NCBI RefSeq assembly: GCF_000143415.4
Contig: NW_003314335.1
Location: forward strand, 117,982 to 181,981
DNA length: 64,000 bases
Reading direction: 5' to 3'
Origin: Selaginella moellendorffii
Lineage: Eukaryota; Plantae; Lycopodiophyta
The notes below the pieces were generated by a model. The model did not search any database, was not told the origin of the DNA, and was given only the letters and a program-made list of their open reading frames with translations. This document shows positions 36,400-49,427 of this stretch, piece after piece. A program made the translations under genes and the position numbers. Numbering within the stretch: the first letter of the stretch is position 1; each line of letters starts with the position of its first letter.

Positions 36400-39300
36400 C
36401 AAATGAAAAAGCAATTCACCAAACACTTGAGGCACTCAAGTGCCAAGCCTTAGTGACTTGATTGGAAATCCCTCTTTGCCATTTACAAGAAATAATGTGC
36501 TTGAGAGAGCTTGATGACTGCCGCTTCTCTGTCCTAAAGCACCTGGATCCCAAGGCAATAAAAAAGACATCCAATTGCTGAAATCTTGAATTGGGATAAA
36601 ACCTGTTATGCAAATAGCTGATGATTGTTGGCACAATATTATCGTCAACATATAGAACTAGAATAGAAAACACATCTCTAGAACTAAAAATATACATATT
36701 GCATCTTCTTATAAAGCCAATGGACCTGAGAAATATAGACTTCCTCCTTAAGCTTGCTATTGTAGCGCACCTTATCTCTCTCCCCTTAAGCCAACTGGAA
36801 AAGGGGCAATTGCTTGATGAGAGAGCCCTTAGTGGCTATTTTATCCCCATTTATCCCTCAAGGTTCCAAGGATCTACGGTGATAGTATATCTAAATCTCA
36901 TCCCATGATCACATGTGCTACACTCACCCCCCCCTTCAGAGATGTCAATGTCCTCATTGACTATTGACTAACAACCCCTACTGAGCCAAGGGGAACTAGC
37001 ACCTCCATTTCCGCACTCAATCTACCAATCCTTCCATTGTGTAGACCAGCTATTCCATGTGAGGCAACTAGTCATCCACCCGTACCGCAGTCCCACGATG
37101 GATACCTTCGTCCGTGGATACTCCACACAAGAGGAAGGACGTACGCATGGATGGCCAATATATACGATTTCAAATTTAGGGGTAAGAATATACCTTGCTC
37201 AAGGGTATATTATACTTTTAAGTAGCCACTAATCAATGGGAATCGAACCCGTGCCATTTGCTCTGATACCAACTGTAGCGCACGTGGTTTTGACCCTTTA
37301 TCCTATGGTGATTTACCATAGGATAACACCACGAAGCGGAACCTAAACCCTCTTTGTGCCACGTGACAGATGCCATGTGTCACATACCACGTGTCCGTGC
37401 CACGTGTCCATAGGAACCCGAGGTTCAGGGCCTTGGGCCACTGAACGAAGGAACGGTGCCAAACTCCCAAGCGTGACGCCAAGGAGTGATGAAACCGGAC
37501 CACAGAGCAACTCCCGAGCATATAGCCCAAGGAGCGAAGGGACAGGGGCCCGGAGCGACTTGGAACAGTCCTAGAGCAACCAGCATCCCAATGCCAGGAC
37601 CAGCACGCAAAACGAAGCCAAACAGAGTCTGGCGCTATTTCGGCATACCGGTGGCCTAACGCGAGGATATGGGTACTCATGGAATGGAACTTGGGCTTAG
37701 ACCCAAGCCGGACGCAGAACAAGGACAGGCACGTAAACGGGAGCTAGACTATGCCTCAGGTTGGTCGGCCATGCCCGACCTACCCACTATCCCTACTATA
37801 CATTTGGAACCCCCCATAGCCCCCCCCCCTTAAGGAACACACGCTTTGGGCTTTCACCCCAAGCCTCCCTTAGTATCAGGAGTTAGTCTCTGGGACAAAC
37901 TCGAAACTTACTAAATATGGAATGTCCTTAGATTGCGAATTTGGACATGGGACAAACACCATTGTGTTCAGGCCGATCTCTACATTCCGTAGATATGCCA
38001 AATGAGCAAATCTGGACACTTTCCATAAATAGCATTTGGGACCGAAATGAGACTAACACAAAGGGCATGATAGCGAGGGTGTTTGGCAGACACGGTAAAC
38101 TATCATGTAGCGATATTGAGGGATTAATCTCAATACGCGAGGGTTCTTGTCACTAGCCAGTGCAAGACATAACGAGACGGGAACTCCTTACCGGGCTAAG
38201 TATGCTTAGCTAATAACACGTAGGAATTCCGTCCTTATGCTCGTCCGGTCTAAGTACACTCGAAATGCCCAGTTAACTCCACTAGCACAAGAGGGACTGA
38301 TAAAGGGTCCAGCAATACTGACCTCCTGCCATCGTGGCAGTAAGGTAAGAGTGTCCGTAAGGACTAGTCGACAGGTAACTTTCGATACCCGAAGTCACAT
38401 GCGCGACACTCTCCCCCCCTAGGGAAGATCGACGTCCTCGTTGATGCATACTCGAGTCTAGAATACCGCCAAGGAAACAACTCTCGAAAAAGTTCACGGT
38501 ACTCACACTATGTGAGAAATGCACCAACTTAAATGAGTTAGGGGGAACCTCTTTGTCTAACGCGGATGCGCTACCAGCTCAGACACCTTCCAGCCGTCGC
38601 TGACAAGGAAAATGACCAACGGAGTCAGCCACCCTTGCTGCTCTGGGAGTCACCCAGCTTACAAAAGTGTGATATGCCCCTGCCCGCAGGGACATAGAGA
38701 GAGAAGCCAGAGGCCCCAACCCTCCTAAGCAAAGAAACCAAACCCGTCGGTAAGGTTTAGATAGACTACTGTAAACAGGCAGTTAGAGTTGTTTACACGG
38801 TCACGCCCTTTCACAGAATAAGGAACATCGACAGAGAGGCGGGTTATGTGACCAGTCGACAATAGCTACCCCATGACTAGAGATTTCAACATGCACACGA
38901 AGTGCCAAAGCCAGTCTGCCTATACTGGCCCAAACTCAAAGATCAATAGATGGACAATATCAAAGTTAGAGACAATGATATCTTAGAGACTTAATTATCA
39001 GTGAATAAAGCTTAGATTAGAACACAAAAGTATTCCAAGTAAGTTATCATCCGATAAACTAGTATTATAGTATAAGAACCACCAAGATCACTATCATTGG
39101 AAAACATAGGAATGACCATCCAACAAAATTCAATAGCAAGTGTATCATCAAGAAAACTTAATAACCAAACTTAACTATCAAAGATTGCAGATAGAATGCC
39201 AAACAACTTACGAAAGATAACTCAAAGAACACAAAGTATCATTGACTGACAAGCAAAATGCTCGCGAATGTATCACCCAAAGGAAATAACATCCAAATCT

Positions 39301-42300
39301 ATCAAAACTAACTTGAGCAACAATCAACAGAAGAGAATGAATGCGGTAAGACCAACAAACACTCATTCCTGCCAACTATCACAAAAGCCAATCTGAATAG
39401 ATCCCAACCAATAATACCAAGGAACTCAAGTTGCCTAAGCAAGTGTCAGCAACATCCTACTGATGTCTCAAACCCAAGAGACCAATCCAGAGCAAATCAC
39501 AAAGAACATGTGTTATTGCGAAAAGCCACAAACCATCAAAGAGAACAACTAACCACCATAAAAGATCATCAATCATCCTATCAATAGAGAGATGCATAAT
39601 CATCATTGAAGAAAGAATCCACCATCCCGAACAATGGCAAATCATTTTAGATCAACGATAATCAAGTAAAACCTTCGACAAGGATAATCAACTTTCCTAG
39701 ATGATAGTCAATCATCACCAATGATTGCTAGATGCAAAAGCCAACTTCAACATTAAAGCTAATGAGCCAAAATGCCTTCCCCAACAACTTCAAACCAATG
39801 GAACAATGAGCATAAAACTCAAAGAACCAAAGCTTGAAGAAACTTATAGCTAAGTCTTGCCTAATAATGATCACGAGTCTCATAGAAGCAAACTTCAATG
39901 CTAAAGAAGAAATCATGGTGCAACCCACAATGTCTTCTTCAACACATCCATAAGCCATCCAAACTTCATAATGCCAAAGCTAATGAAGAGCATTTCTGCA
40001 TCAATCCAAAAGCTAAGCATAACGAAGCTATGCCCGACAAGTGATCACTAAACGATCCTCCATGAATCCATCTATAGCAAGACGTAACTCACTTCATAAC
40101 AAGCACAAGAAGAATCACCAATGATCGATATATTCCAACTCAAACCCAATAAGGATTCAAACTTTCCAATATCGATCACTAACTCTTCCACTTGTAGAGT
40201 TAGCATAGTCCATGACTGAATCACTTTTCAAGGAAAAGCCAGAACTCAACCTCTACTAAACAATCTTGTCTAGAACACAACTAACCCAACTTGCCACTTA
40301 GTTTATTTGAACGTCAATACAGTTGCTAATTAGCAAATGCACGAATGCTAATAACACAAAGCTACAACCAAATCATCAACACTATCTCTATTGAGACTAA
40401 TGAAACTCAATATCAATCATAAGGATAGACATCTCATCTCACTTGAATCCCAACATCAATAATATCAATGACAAGGCATCATTTCAATGCCATTAACACT
40501 ATAACAAAGCTAGAAGAAAGCAAGAGTGAATCACCACTCAAAACTCTCTAACAACTAAGCTAACCAAGGTCGAAGATACTTAATTCAGTATCCGAGACTA
40601 ATCCTTCAACAATACTCAGCTACAGATAACACTTCCTCAAGGAGTGAATCACCACATCCAAGACTCCATGAAATCCAACACTATGAACTAAATGCAACCA
40701 AATGATATAAACAAAGATAGAGTCGACATGCCAACATGGAAAACCCATGTAAGCCTAACGACATGATCCTCCGCAACACCATCCGGTAAAGCAAGCCCAT
40801 CACTGCTAAATCATCATCGAGCAAAGCAAGTATCAACAGTCTTTTTGACAAAGTCTACAAGTAATCACTAGTCGCAAAGCAACTAACAATCACCCTTCAA
40901 CTTGCCTTCACAAGACCCAAACACTAACTCATGTCATCGAGTTACATACTTGTCCAACATGAACATAATACCCCAAGTACGAGATAAAAGTTCATAGACA
41001 AGCACAAACTAAATGACCACTCGAATCCAACTCAACCGCAATAAGCTCACTAATGCATTTAGTCAATAGCTCTGAGCATGCCTTGAAGAGGCTAGCTATG
41101 TGATCAACACTCAGTCGAAACTAAAGTGAAGACCATGAGATGGACTCATATCGGTACACAACCTCCTCATAGACAAAGCTATAGTACGGGTACCAACATC
41201 TCAACCTCAAACAACTAAGTTGGACATCACCATCCTCAGCCAAGGTGCAGGGCCACCAAGACCAAGTCAAGATCAGTGAGAGCTCACTACTCTCATAGAG
41301 TCTAACGTAATGCAAGGTGTAAACTGTCACCAAGCACAACGCTACAAAAGAAAGGCACAAGGGTCACCTTTCTTAGAAAAGCGCAACAGCCACTTTTCTA
41401 CACCAACTCCAGACTCTATCTAACTCAATTGCTTTAGCCCCAAAAGTTAGCATCCCTTTCGGGCCGCATCATACAAACTACTTACTAAGATCTAAGCCAA
41501 CCGAAGTCAACTCCAACCCCTTCACTAGTTTATACTGGCTTACGAAAAATGGAATAGTTTTTGGCAAAGTGATCAACAGATCAGCCATTGGGGAAGTCTA
41601 AGAAAATTTGTGGAAAATTTTCCAATCCTAGAGAAAGAATAACTCTCAGTCCAGGAATGCAAACTTTCAAGACTCAACCAACTTCCTCCTACTAACAACT
41701 TCACATAGATTCACCTCAACACAAATTCTCATGACCCATAATATGCTTAAGCATTGAACATCTTTGCCCATATAACCGACATCCAACACTGACATCCGCA
41801 AAGTGCAAAATGAGCATCCAAGGCTTGATCACAAAGACCACATCATCGGATATCCACATTGCACTAACACTCTTTTTCAACCACCTTCAAGATCCAATGT
41901 GAAGCCAAAACACTAACAAGAAAAATGACATGGAAAATCAAGCTCTAAGGAAAATTCCTCATCACTTGAAATAACAATGCCACTTCCACTAACACAAGTG
42001 CTAGCAATGTTAATGCCTCAACTACACATCTTCTCCATCCAACAATCTACTCCAAGTGCTAACGGATCAACCAACAAGCTATAGCAAATGAATGCTACAA
42101 CCCTTTTCCAACACCTAATGGGCAAACTCAAGGAAACAAGGTACCAACTTAAGCTTAGCATAATGGACCACTATAGAGAATCCAGTCAAAGCTACTACAA
42201 TGCTACTTCGTGCAAGTAGACTAGCTTCTCCATCAACCACTTTGGGGTTGATCATCATTTACCCAAGCAACTTCGTAAACGCATTACTCTTTATCACATG

Positions 42301-43490
42301 GATATGATATAAGTATCACAATGACTTGATCATCAATAGAGTAACGCAATGAGCAAGGCTTATGTCATTACTTCAAATGTTTATGTGAGTATTAAATGCC
42401 AACTCGATTCGACAAAATGCAACATAAATGCCACACTCCACCAATAGAGATTTACGACACCCAACACCACTAACTTTTGTTCACAACACAGACAAGCTTA
42501 TGCCATTCTCTTTCCGACCAATCTCAAAATTATTCCAACACCAAGCTACTCAAGGAGCAATAACAAGGTTCCCCGGAAAAGAATTAAGCATTGCAACCCA
42601 AGTCTTCCAATAGCGAGCCTAGACAAAATGGTTTAGTGTTTCACCACTATCCATCCCATAACTCACCACTTGTAAGACCACCATCTCCAACATGCATCAA
42701 GGTAGGGACTCTTGATTGCATAATGTAAACACAAGCAATGAGTCACACCTCGTTGCAAATCATCTCTCTAAGAAGAGAAAATAATTTACGTATTTGATCC
42801 TTCGTCCCTGACGACTCTCTTTCCAGCCTCATCTTGACTAAACCTCAAGCTTGCTTTCGCACTGCCTTCAGTTCAATCAAAGAAAAGTTTATTCTGATAC
42901 TCCACACAAGAGGAAGGACGTACGCATGGATGGCCAATATGTACGATTTCAAATTTAGGGGTAGGAATATACCTTGCTCAAGGGTATATTATACTTTTAA
43001 GTAGCCACTAATCAATGGGAATCGAACCCGTGCCATTTTCTCTGATACCAACTGTAGCGCACCTTATCTCTCTCCCCTTAAGCCAACTGGAAAAGGGGCA
43101 ATTGCTTGATGAGAGAGCCCTTAGTGGCTATTTTATCCCCATTTATCCCCCAAGGTTCCAAGGATCCACGGTGATAGTATATCCAAATCTCATCCTATGA
43201 TCACATGTGCTACAGCTATATAAAAACGCTGTCTTGATATCAAGCTAACAGACTTCTAGATCCCAATATGCTCCAAGACAAAGATTAATTCTTATAAAAG
43301 GCATTTTAGCCACTGGCAAAAAAGTCTCAAAAAAATCCATGCCAAGTACTTGACTAAATCCTCTCACTACAAAGTGAGCTCGTCACCACTCCACTGGCAT
43401 CCAATTTGCACTTGAATATCCACTTGGAACTGATGATTTTCCTGCCTGGTGGGAGAGAAACAAGCTCCTAAACATTGTTACGTATCAAAG
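36400..43490 (-). mobile_element. Ty1/copia reverse transcriptase relic split by TRIM copy B
   Basis: Right part 43220-43460: LPPGRKIISSKWIFK...VVRGFSQVLGMDFFETF...LDIKTAFLY. Left part 36400-36755 continues KLKEEVYISQ...LVLYVDD. Confidence 0.88.
36761..43214 (-). mobile_element. Composite TRIM copy B with 162-bp LTRs, TSD GCTAT and a 5.6 kb internal insert
   Basis: LTRs 36761-36922 and 43053-43214 (TGTAGC...GCTACA), gctat at 36756-36760 and 43215-43219. iMet PBS TGGTATCAGAG on the minus strand at about 37260-37271 and 43040-43050; PPT at 36923-36937. Confidence 0.92.
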
Positions 43491-45269
43491 AGTTGTACTC
43501 CTTGTCCTGCTTCTAGTGATTGGAGAGCTGCACAAACTGTGCATGGTTCAGGAGGAAGCTACTCCATCACTGACAGCCAGAGTCTTGAGCATCGTGAGCT
43601 ACTTGTAATAAATAGCTAACTCTCCCATTGTGTGTGATAGTCCTTGCCAAGAATAAGTGGATCAGCTTTTTGCTGAGATCTTGTAGCCATGGGAGTACTA
43701 GGCTCTACTTGCGGCTGCCCTGGTGGAGACTCCTCCTCCTCTAGTTTATCAAACAAACCTAAAAAATGAAGCCGTCATCAAATGGCATGGTTGTTTGATA
43801 TTTTTATCAACTACAACTTTATGGCCATTTGAGATTAAATGAGTTGCCAGGAACAAATGTAAAACTTTGCCACAAGTTTCACATTCCAAACAAAAATTCT
43901 TGTATGTGAATCCTCAGATTGAAGTAGCATAATGCAAAAATTTGACACCACTTTCTTCCTCAAATGGATTTATAATTTTTAAGATCTCTACCTCTACCAT
44001 TTCTTTTATATCTTGTTTTTGAAGCACTAGCTGCTGAAGTTCTTCCACAGGAATTAGATCATTTTCTACTTGATATGACTTCTCTTTAGCCAATCTTTTC
44101 TTATAGTTCTCATCATGTTGCCTACCAAGAAGATGTCTAGCTACAAAATTATAGCAAGTGTCACTTAGTCATTTCCTCTATGCAATACCATATTCGTGAT
44201 AAAAGATGGAATTGCACTTTATTGTCTTTGTTAAATGAAATCAGCTCACACTTGTATTTTTGCCCTAGCTTTTTGATCTTCACCAAAGCTTTCCTATAAG
44301 ATCTTGTCCAAGCATTAAATTGGTCCTTTGGTGGCTAGTTTAGGGGGGTTCATACCAATGTCTACTTGTATATTGTTAAATGTCTCACTAGACTGTGTTA
44401 ATTCCCTTGATTCAAATGTTAAATCAATTGGATTGACAAAAATTGGTGCAACTTAAATTCTAACTTATACATCATTCTCATTACAAGTATGTTTCTCTTC
44501 ATAAACAAGCTGGTGTGGTCCAAGAAATGCCCATTGTCTCCCTTCCAATCCAGGGATCTCATCCCTCTCAATCAGCTGCCTTACAATCTCAAATAAACAT
44601 TGCTCTAGCACCCTAATAAAGCGAAGCAACTCACTACTATCTTTACTAATCAGCACATCACACTCAACAATAGCTCATTGCTTCCTCCTCACCACTGTGC
44701 TATTAACCCTAATTCTGTATATTATAGATTTTCAGTGGACAGTGACTTTGTGTTTTTTAAAATGACAATGATGTAGTAGTCTTGCATGGTAAAGGTGTCA
44801 TGCCCATGTATAATGTTTCAATTGTTTATGTAGCAATTAAAAAGTGATTGTGTGCATAATATTTTTGCATATATATCAAAACAAAAAATAAATCCACACA
44901 TGTATAATGTAATATATGCAATCACATATTCATTACCATCCATGAATAGGTGAAAACTGTATTGTAAATAGAAATTACACAAAGACAGTGCCACCTTGAA
45001 TGGATTGGATGAATAGCTATGATTGGTATATTTCAGAAAGAATATATTATAAAAATTAAACATTTACCGGAATATGCTCTGCAGACCAATGGGAGCTTAC
45101 ATGTGGCGCATGCAATGTGCGGTCTGATTTACATTCTGAATGGACCACAATAACCTTCCGATTTTCGTGAAGCAAAGATGCCTTGTTACTCGCCAGTACA
45201 ATTACCTCAGGAATGTTCAAGATAGCAGAACACAAAACATTGAGAAAAATTGAAACAGAGATCAATGTT

Positions 45270-45430
45270 TTCCAGATCCGGACTCCTTTGGTACAAGTGA
45301 CACACTGGTCTCAGGATCTATCACTTTCGCAGTGGCATTTCTCACAATCGTTCCACAAGATCCAAGCTTCAGTCATCCCATATCCCTGGAAGAATAAACA
45401 CAAATTAGAATTCTATGCAAATGCTAACCT
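45270..45430 (-). pseudogene. 4CL-psi: Third 4CL fragment (exon 2 remnant)
   Basis: aagtgacac...gatc.a.cacttt.gcagtggc.tttctcac.atcgttcc.caagatcca...gtcatcccata.ccctggaagaa matches 47382-47536. Confidence 0.8.
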
Positions 45431-45434
45431 GGTA

Positions 45435-45915
45435 CGAGAACTCTCCTGGCAGACCGTTTGGAGAAAGACTTCGGTGTGATTGCTGTTCCAGAGGTATACT
45501 GGACAAATTTGTGCTAGCCACAGAGATAGTAATGGTTATCATCACTTCTCATGAGTTTTTTTTCTGGTCTTTCACCAACAGGTATGGGATGCAATGAGGA
45601 AGTTGTCAACGTCATCCCATCACACTTGACAAGAAGCAAGCCAGCGCCAAAATCAACAGTGCAGTGGTGTGCCTGTTCTTAGACACCACCATGGTTTGTC
45701 AGGCCTCGAATGGAGACAACGAAACCAAAACGATAGTCTTACCTCAGACAGGAGACGAGAAAGAATCGAGAGATGACGCGACGAGTAAAACTGGTGAGGA
45801 AGAGTCCTCCAAGTCGGATATTGAAGGGTGAATTCGCTGCTAAGGTTTTTGCTGGGGGACAAACTCCAAGAGGAGGTGCTAAAGAAAGTAGCAGGGAATC
45901 AAAGAGACCATTCCC
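45435..45915 (+). pseudogene. PP2C-psi: PP2C pseudogene fragment (3' half)
   Basis: Colinear with 15878-16607 (gagaactctcctggc, gacttcgg.gtgat.gctgttccagaggtatact, ggaatcaaagagaccattcc), with many deletions. Confidence 0.88.
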
Positions 45916-46150
45916 ATACATAGCTCTTGATCATCACGTTCCAGGCCTCGGCACTCTTCCTCAGCAGATTCACAAACAGCTTTCTTGGCATCTCACCACA
46001 CTGGAAGAGCTCGATTCGAGTGCTCAGCCGGACGATTTTCGCCAGAAGGACATGATTATGTGATATGGAAGAAATTAAGGCTATTATTCTATGCAGCAGT
46101 GAAGTTATGCAAGGAAACTTGAATAGATACCAAGTTAAACTGCTGCTAAT

Positions 46151-46211
46151 GTAGACGTAGTGGTTATTGGGGCACGATTAGAAATCGCAGGTTCGAATCC
46201 TGCCGTCCACG
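46151..46211 (+). pseudogene. trnS-psi: tRNA-Ser(AGA) pseudogene
   Basis: Paralogue of 16782-16862 in the same flanks. Part of the D arm and the variable arm are deleted; T arm and 3' acceptor are retained. Confidence 0.85.
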
Positions 46212-46548
46212 TATACACCTCGTTTTAGCACTGCTTGAATTGTTTTGCGTTTGGACTTAGCTCAAAGAAAGTGATAGCTCTTTGGTCGATTTTTTCTTTT
46301 TGATCCATTTTTGTAGTCCTGAAAATAACAAAACTTTGCGTTTCAAGGTGCGTGGCGAATGGATCAATCATCAAGCGTTAATAATCTGCTGTACATTTTC
46401 TTTTGATCTTTTCTTTTTTCTCTCTTTCCCATTTATCGCTCTCGTGTGAAAATTGATGTTTATCCCTGAAGAACACACAAGTTTGGTCACTAAACTTTCA
46501 GTGAATCTCCTTTGCACCAACCTTGTGTGTGTGTGAGTGTGTGGAAAC

Positions 46549-48747
46549 TTAGTTTAGCTCCAGCTTGCTTCTCAGATCCTTTCTCAGGATTTTTCCTGCC
46601 GGTGACTTGGGTATGGAGTCCACGAAGTAAACTTTGTGGATTTTCTTGTAGAAGACAACCTGTATGGCAGAAGTAAGTTCGCATTTAAAGAGAGAGCTGG
46701 CTGCGTGTCATGCTTCATTTAACGCCGCACTGCTGCGGTCACTGCTGCGATGGGAATGAAGAGAAGAGAAGAGACTGGAAACTTGCCTGTTGTGATACGA
46801 ACAGCTTGAGCTCCACTTCCGATACTTGAAAGCCATTTGCAATCACCACGAATGCTACTGGCAGTTCTCCGGCGGTTTCATCCTTTTTCCTGCAAGAAAA
46901 AATTAGATTTTGAGTTGCTTGATTCGATGAAAGCTCCAGCATTCCTGGAGGGAGAGTTATATGATTAGTTTCCGCTACTTACGGGATCACTGCAGCATCA
47001 GCAACGCACGGATGCGACGTGAGAATCGCTTCAACCTCAGCCGGTGCCACCTACAAAATACGAGCTTGTAAGAAAAATGAATACTTGCAAGTCAAAATAC
47101 ACCAAAAGTGGCAAAGAACCAACCTGGAAACCTTTGAATTTGATGATCTCCTTGACACGATCCACCAGGAAAACCTCGTCATTGTCATCGATGTATCCGA
47201 CATCTCCGGTGTGAAGCCAGCCCTCCTTGTCGATCGTCAGTGCAGTTGCCTCTGGATCATTCAGATAGCCTGCCAGTGAATCAAAAGTTAGAACACAAAA
47301 AAATCACAAAGAAAAAGAAGTTTTTCCACCTTTCATGATCTGGGCTCCTTTGATACAAATCTCTCCAGCTTGGTTGTGTGGAAGTGACACTCCAGTCTCG
47401 GGATCCACCACTTTGGCAGTGGCGTTTCTCACGATCGTTCCGCAAGATCCAGGCTTGACTGGAAAAACTTCTTTCGCGAATGCCAGATTCATGGCGATCA
47501 CAGGCCCAGCTTCGGTCATCCCATACCCCTGGAAGAAAAAAGAAATTCCACGAATCAAAAACCCCATTCTAGGCAAATGCTGCAAAGCTCGAAAACTCTA
47601 CCTGACCGAGTACCGCCAGAGGTAGCCGAGCCCGAAACGCGTCCTCGAGCTCCTTCCCCAGCGGCGCGGCGCCGGACAGCACCATCCGGACGCTGGAAAG
47701 ATCATACTTGTCCACGATCGGGTTCTTGGCGATGGCGAGAACGATGGGTGGCACGAACGGCGCGATGGTGACGCGGTGGCGCTGGATGAGCTCCAGGAGC
47801 TCCGCGATCTCGAACTTGGGCATGATGAGAATGGTGGCTCCGACTCGCAGCGAGCACAGGAACACCGAATTCATGCAGTAGATGTGGAAGAGCGGCAGCA
47901 CGCACAGCACGACGTCGTCGGGCGTCCAGTAGATGTTTGGATTGGCGCCGTCCACCTGCTGGGCGATGCTGGTGACGAGCCCGCGGTGCGTGAGCATCAC
48001 CCCTTTGGGCAATCCGGTGGTGCCGCTCGAGTAGGGGAGTGCCGCCACGTCGTCCGGCTGTACCACCTCGGGCTCGGGCTCCACCTCGGGCTCCACCTCG
48101 GGCTCCTCGAGCAGCGTGGAGAATGGAAGGACCAGCTTTCTCCTTGGCGAGTTCTCTCCATCTTGGCGAGAGTTTTCTCCATCTTGGGGCGGTGGTGGAG
48201 CATCGATCGTGAAGATCACCACGTCCGGATCGAGCTCCGCGAGCTTGGGGACGTAAGGCGAGAGCGTGATGACGATCCGGGCGTTGCAAGCGCGGGCCTG
48301 CTCGCACACCTCGCGGGCGGTGTAGAAGGGATTGGCGGTGGTGGCGACGGCGCCGCGGCGGAGGATGCCCAGGAAGGCGAGCACGAACTCGATGCAGTTG
48401 GGGAGGAGGAGCATGACGACGTCGCCGCGGCGGAGGCCGTGACGCGCGGCGAGTGAAGCCGAGAGCCGCGCGGATTGTACGGCCACCTGGCCGTACGTGA
48501 GGGTGGCGCCCGACTTACCGTCGATGACGCACGGACGGGCCGAGAAGCGCGCCGCGCGCTCCAGGACGTAGTCGACCAGGGGGGTGTCGTGGGCGATGGC
48601 GATGTCGGGCAGCTTGGATCTGTAGAGGTACTCGCGGGTTTGCGATTCAGGGGAGGGATTGCACAAATGTGGCATTGTCTTGGCGGTGGTGGTGGCGCTT
48701 CGCTGTTGCTGCTGCTGCTGCTGCTGGGTCTCGATTGTGGGCGCCAT
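46549..48747 (-). CDS. 4CL: 4-coumarate:CoA ligase, multi-exon, apparently intact
   Basis: Box [25 protein letters not shown], box II GEICIKG, GWLHTGD, C-terminus [21 protein letters not shown]. Confidence 0.95.
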
Positions 48748-49160
48748 TGGAGCGAGCTTCTCTTCTCCTCCTTTTTTGCTTCTCTTCTTGGATCGATCGA
48801 TCAATTCGGCAATGGGAGTCGATAGAGCATCGCCCACTAGCGAAGAACAAATGCTAGAACTTCTTTGTGTTCTCGATCACGATCTTGGAGAGCTTTCCCC
48901 CTGGCTTGGCTACAAAGAAAGAAGAAAAGAAGGGAAACAAAGAAAGAACCAAAACAAGCTCCTCCTTCTCCAAATTTCCAAAAGCGATTAGTGTGGCAGC
49001 GTCTTCCTCGGATCTCCCGATTGCACACACCTTCGTGCTTCGATTCCAGCCGCACAAAAAGATGCTCCCACTGCCACCACCACCACCAAGCAATAGCAGC
49101 GCGCAGTAGCAGCAGTGTAAGATCAATCAAACCGCAAAGAAAAAGGATTTTAAGCTCCAC

Positions 49161-49186
<26 letters not shown>
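49161..49186. repeat. (AG)n microsatellite upstream of 4CL
   Basis: Direct reading of the sequence. Confidence 0.9.
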
Positions 49187-49191
<5 letters not shown>

Positions 49192-49408
49192 CAAGAACAA
49201 GGTGTGGAACTGTTTTAGGTTTTTGATGGGCGCTCGAGAAAGGTGGTCCCGAAATTTTCCATCCCCAGGACCACCTCTCCAATGGCTGCTACGCGCACGA
49301 TTTCACCTACGACACCAGTTGCCGTGAAGCGGTATTTTGTGACTTAAGAAGAATTACATCTTTTAAGTTTGGAGAATGGAATTACAGTTTGTGTTTTTCT
49401 TGAGACCA

Positions 49409-49427
49409 GTAGGTGAGGTTGGTGTGG
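49409..49427 (-). promoter_or_regulatory. AC elements (MYB sites) upstream of 4CL
   Basis: Minus strand reads CCACACCAACCTCACCTAC: AC-II (ACCAACC) plus AC-I-like ACCTAC, typical of phenylpropanoid promoters. Confidence 0.6.

Noticed and set aside
36761-36922. TRIM as a Cassandra (5S-containing) element or a hammerhead retrozyme
   Set aside because: No 5S A/C-box block. The TTGATGAG in the LTR lacks the CUGAnGA...GAAA core and flanking stems.
34031-43214. Repeated 100-160 bp units as a CRISPR-like array
   Set aside because: They are LTR copies with PBS and PPT in a eukaryotic context; no regular spacers and no cas genes.
43800-45265. CxxC (CETCG) and HCMRH motifs on the minus strand suggesting a hAT or Mutator transposase relic
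   Set aside because: Isolated short motifs among many stops; not enough to call.
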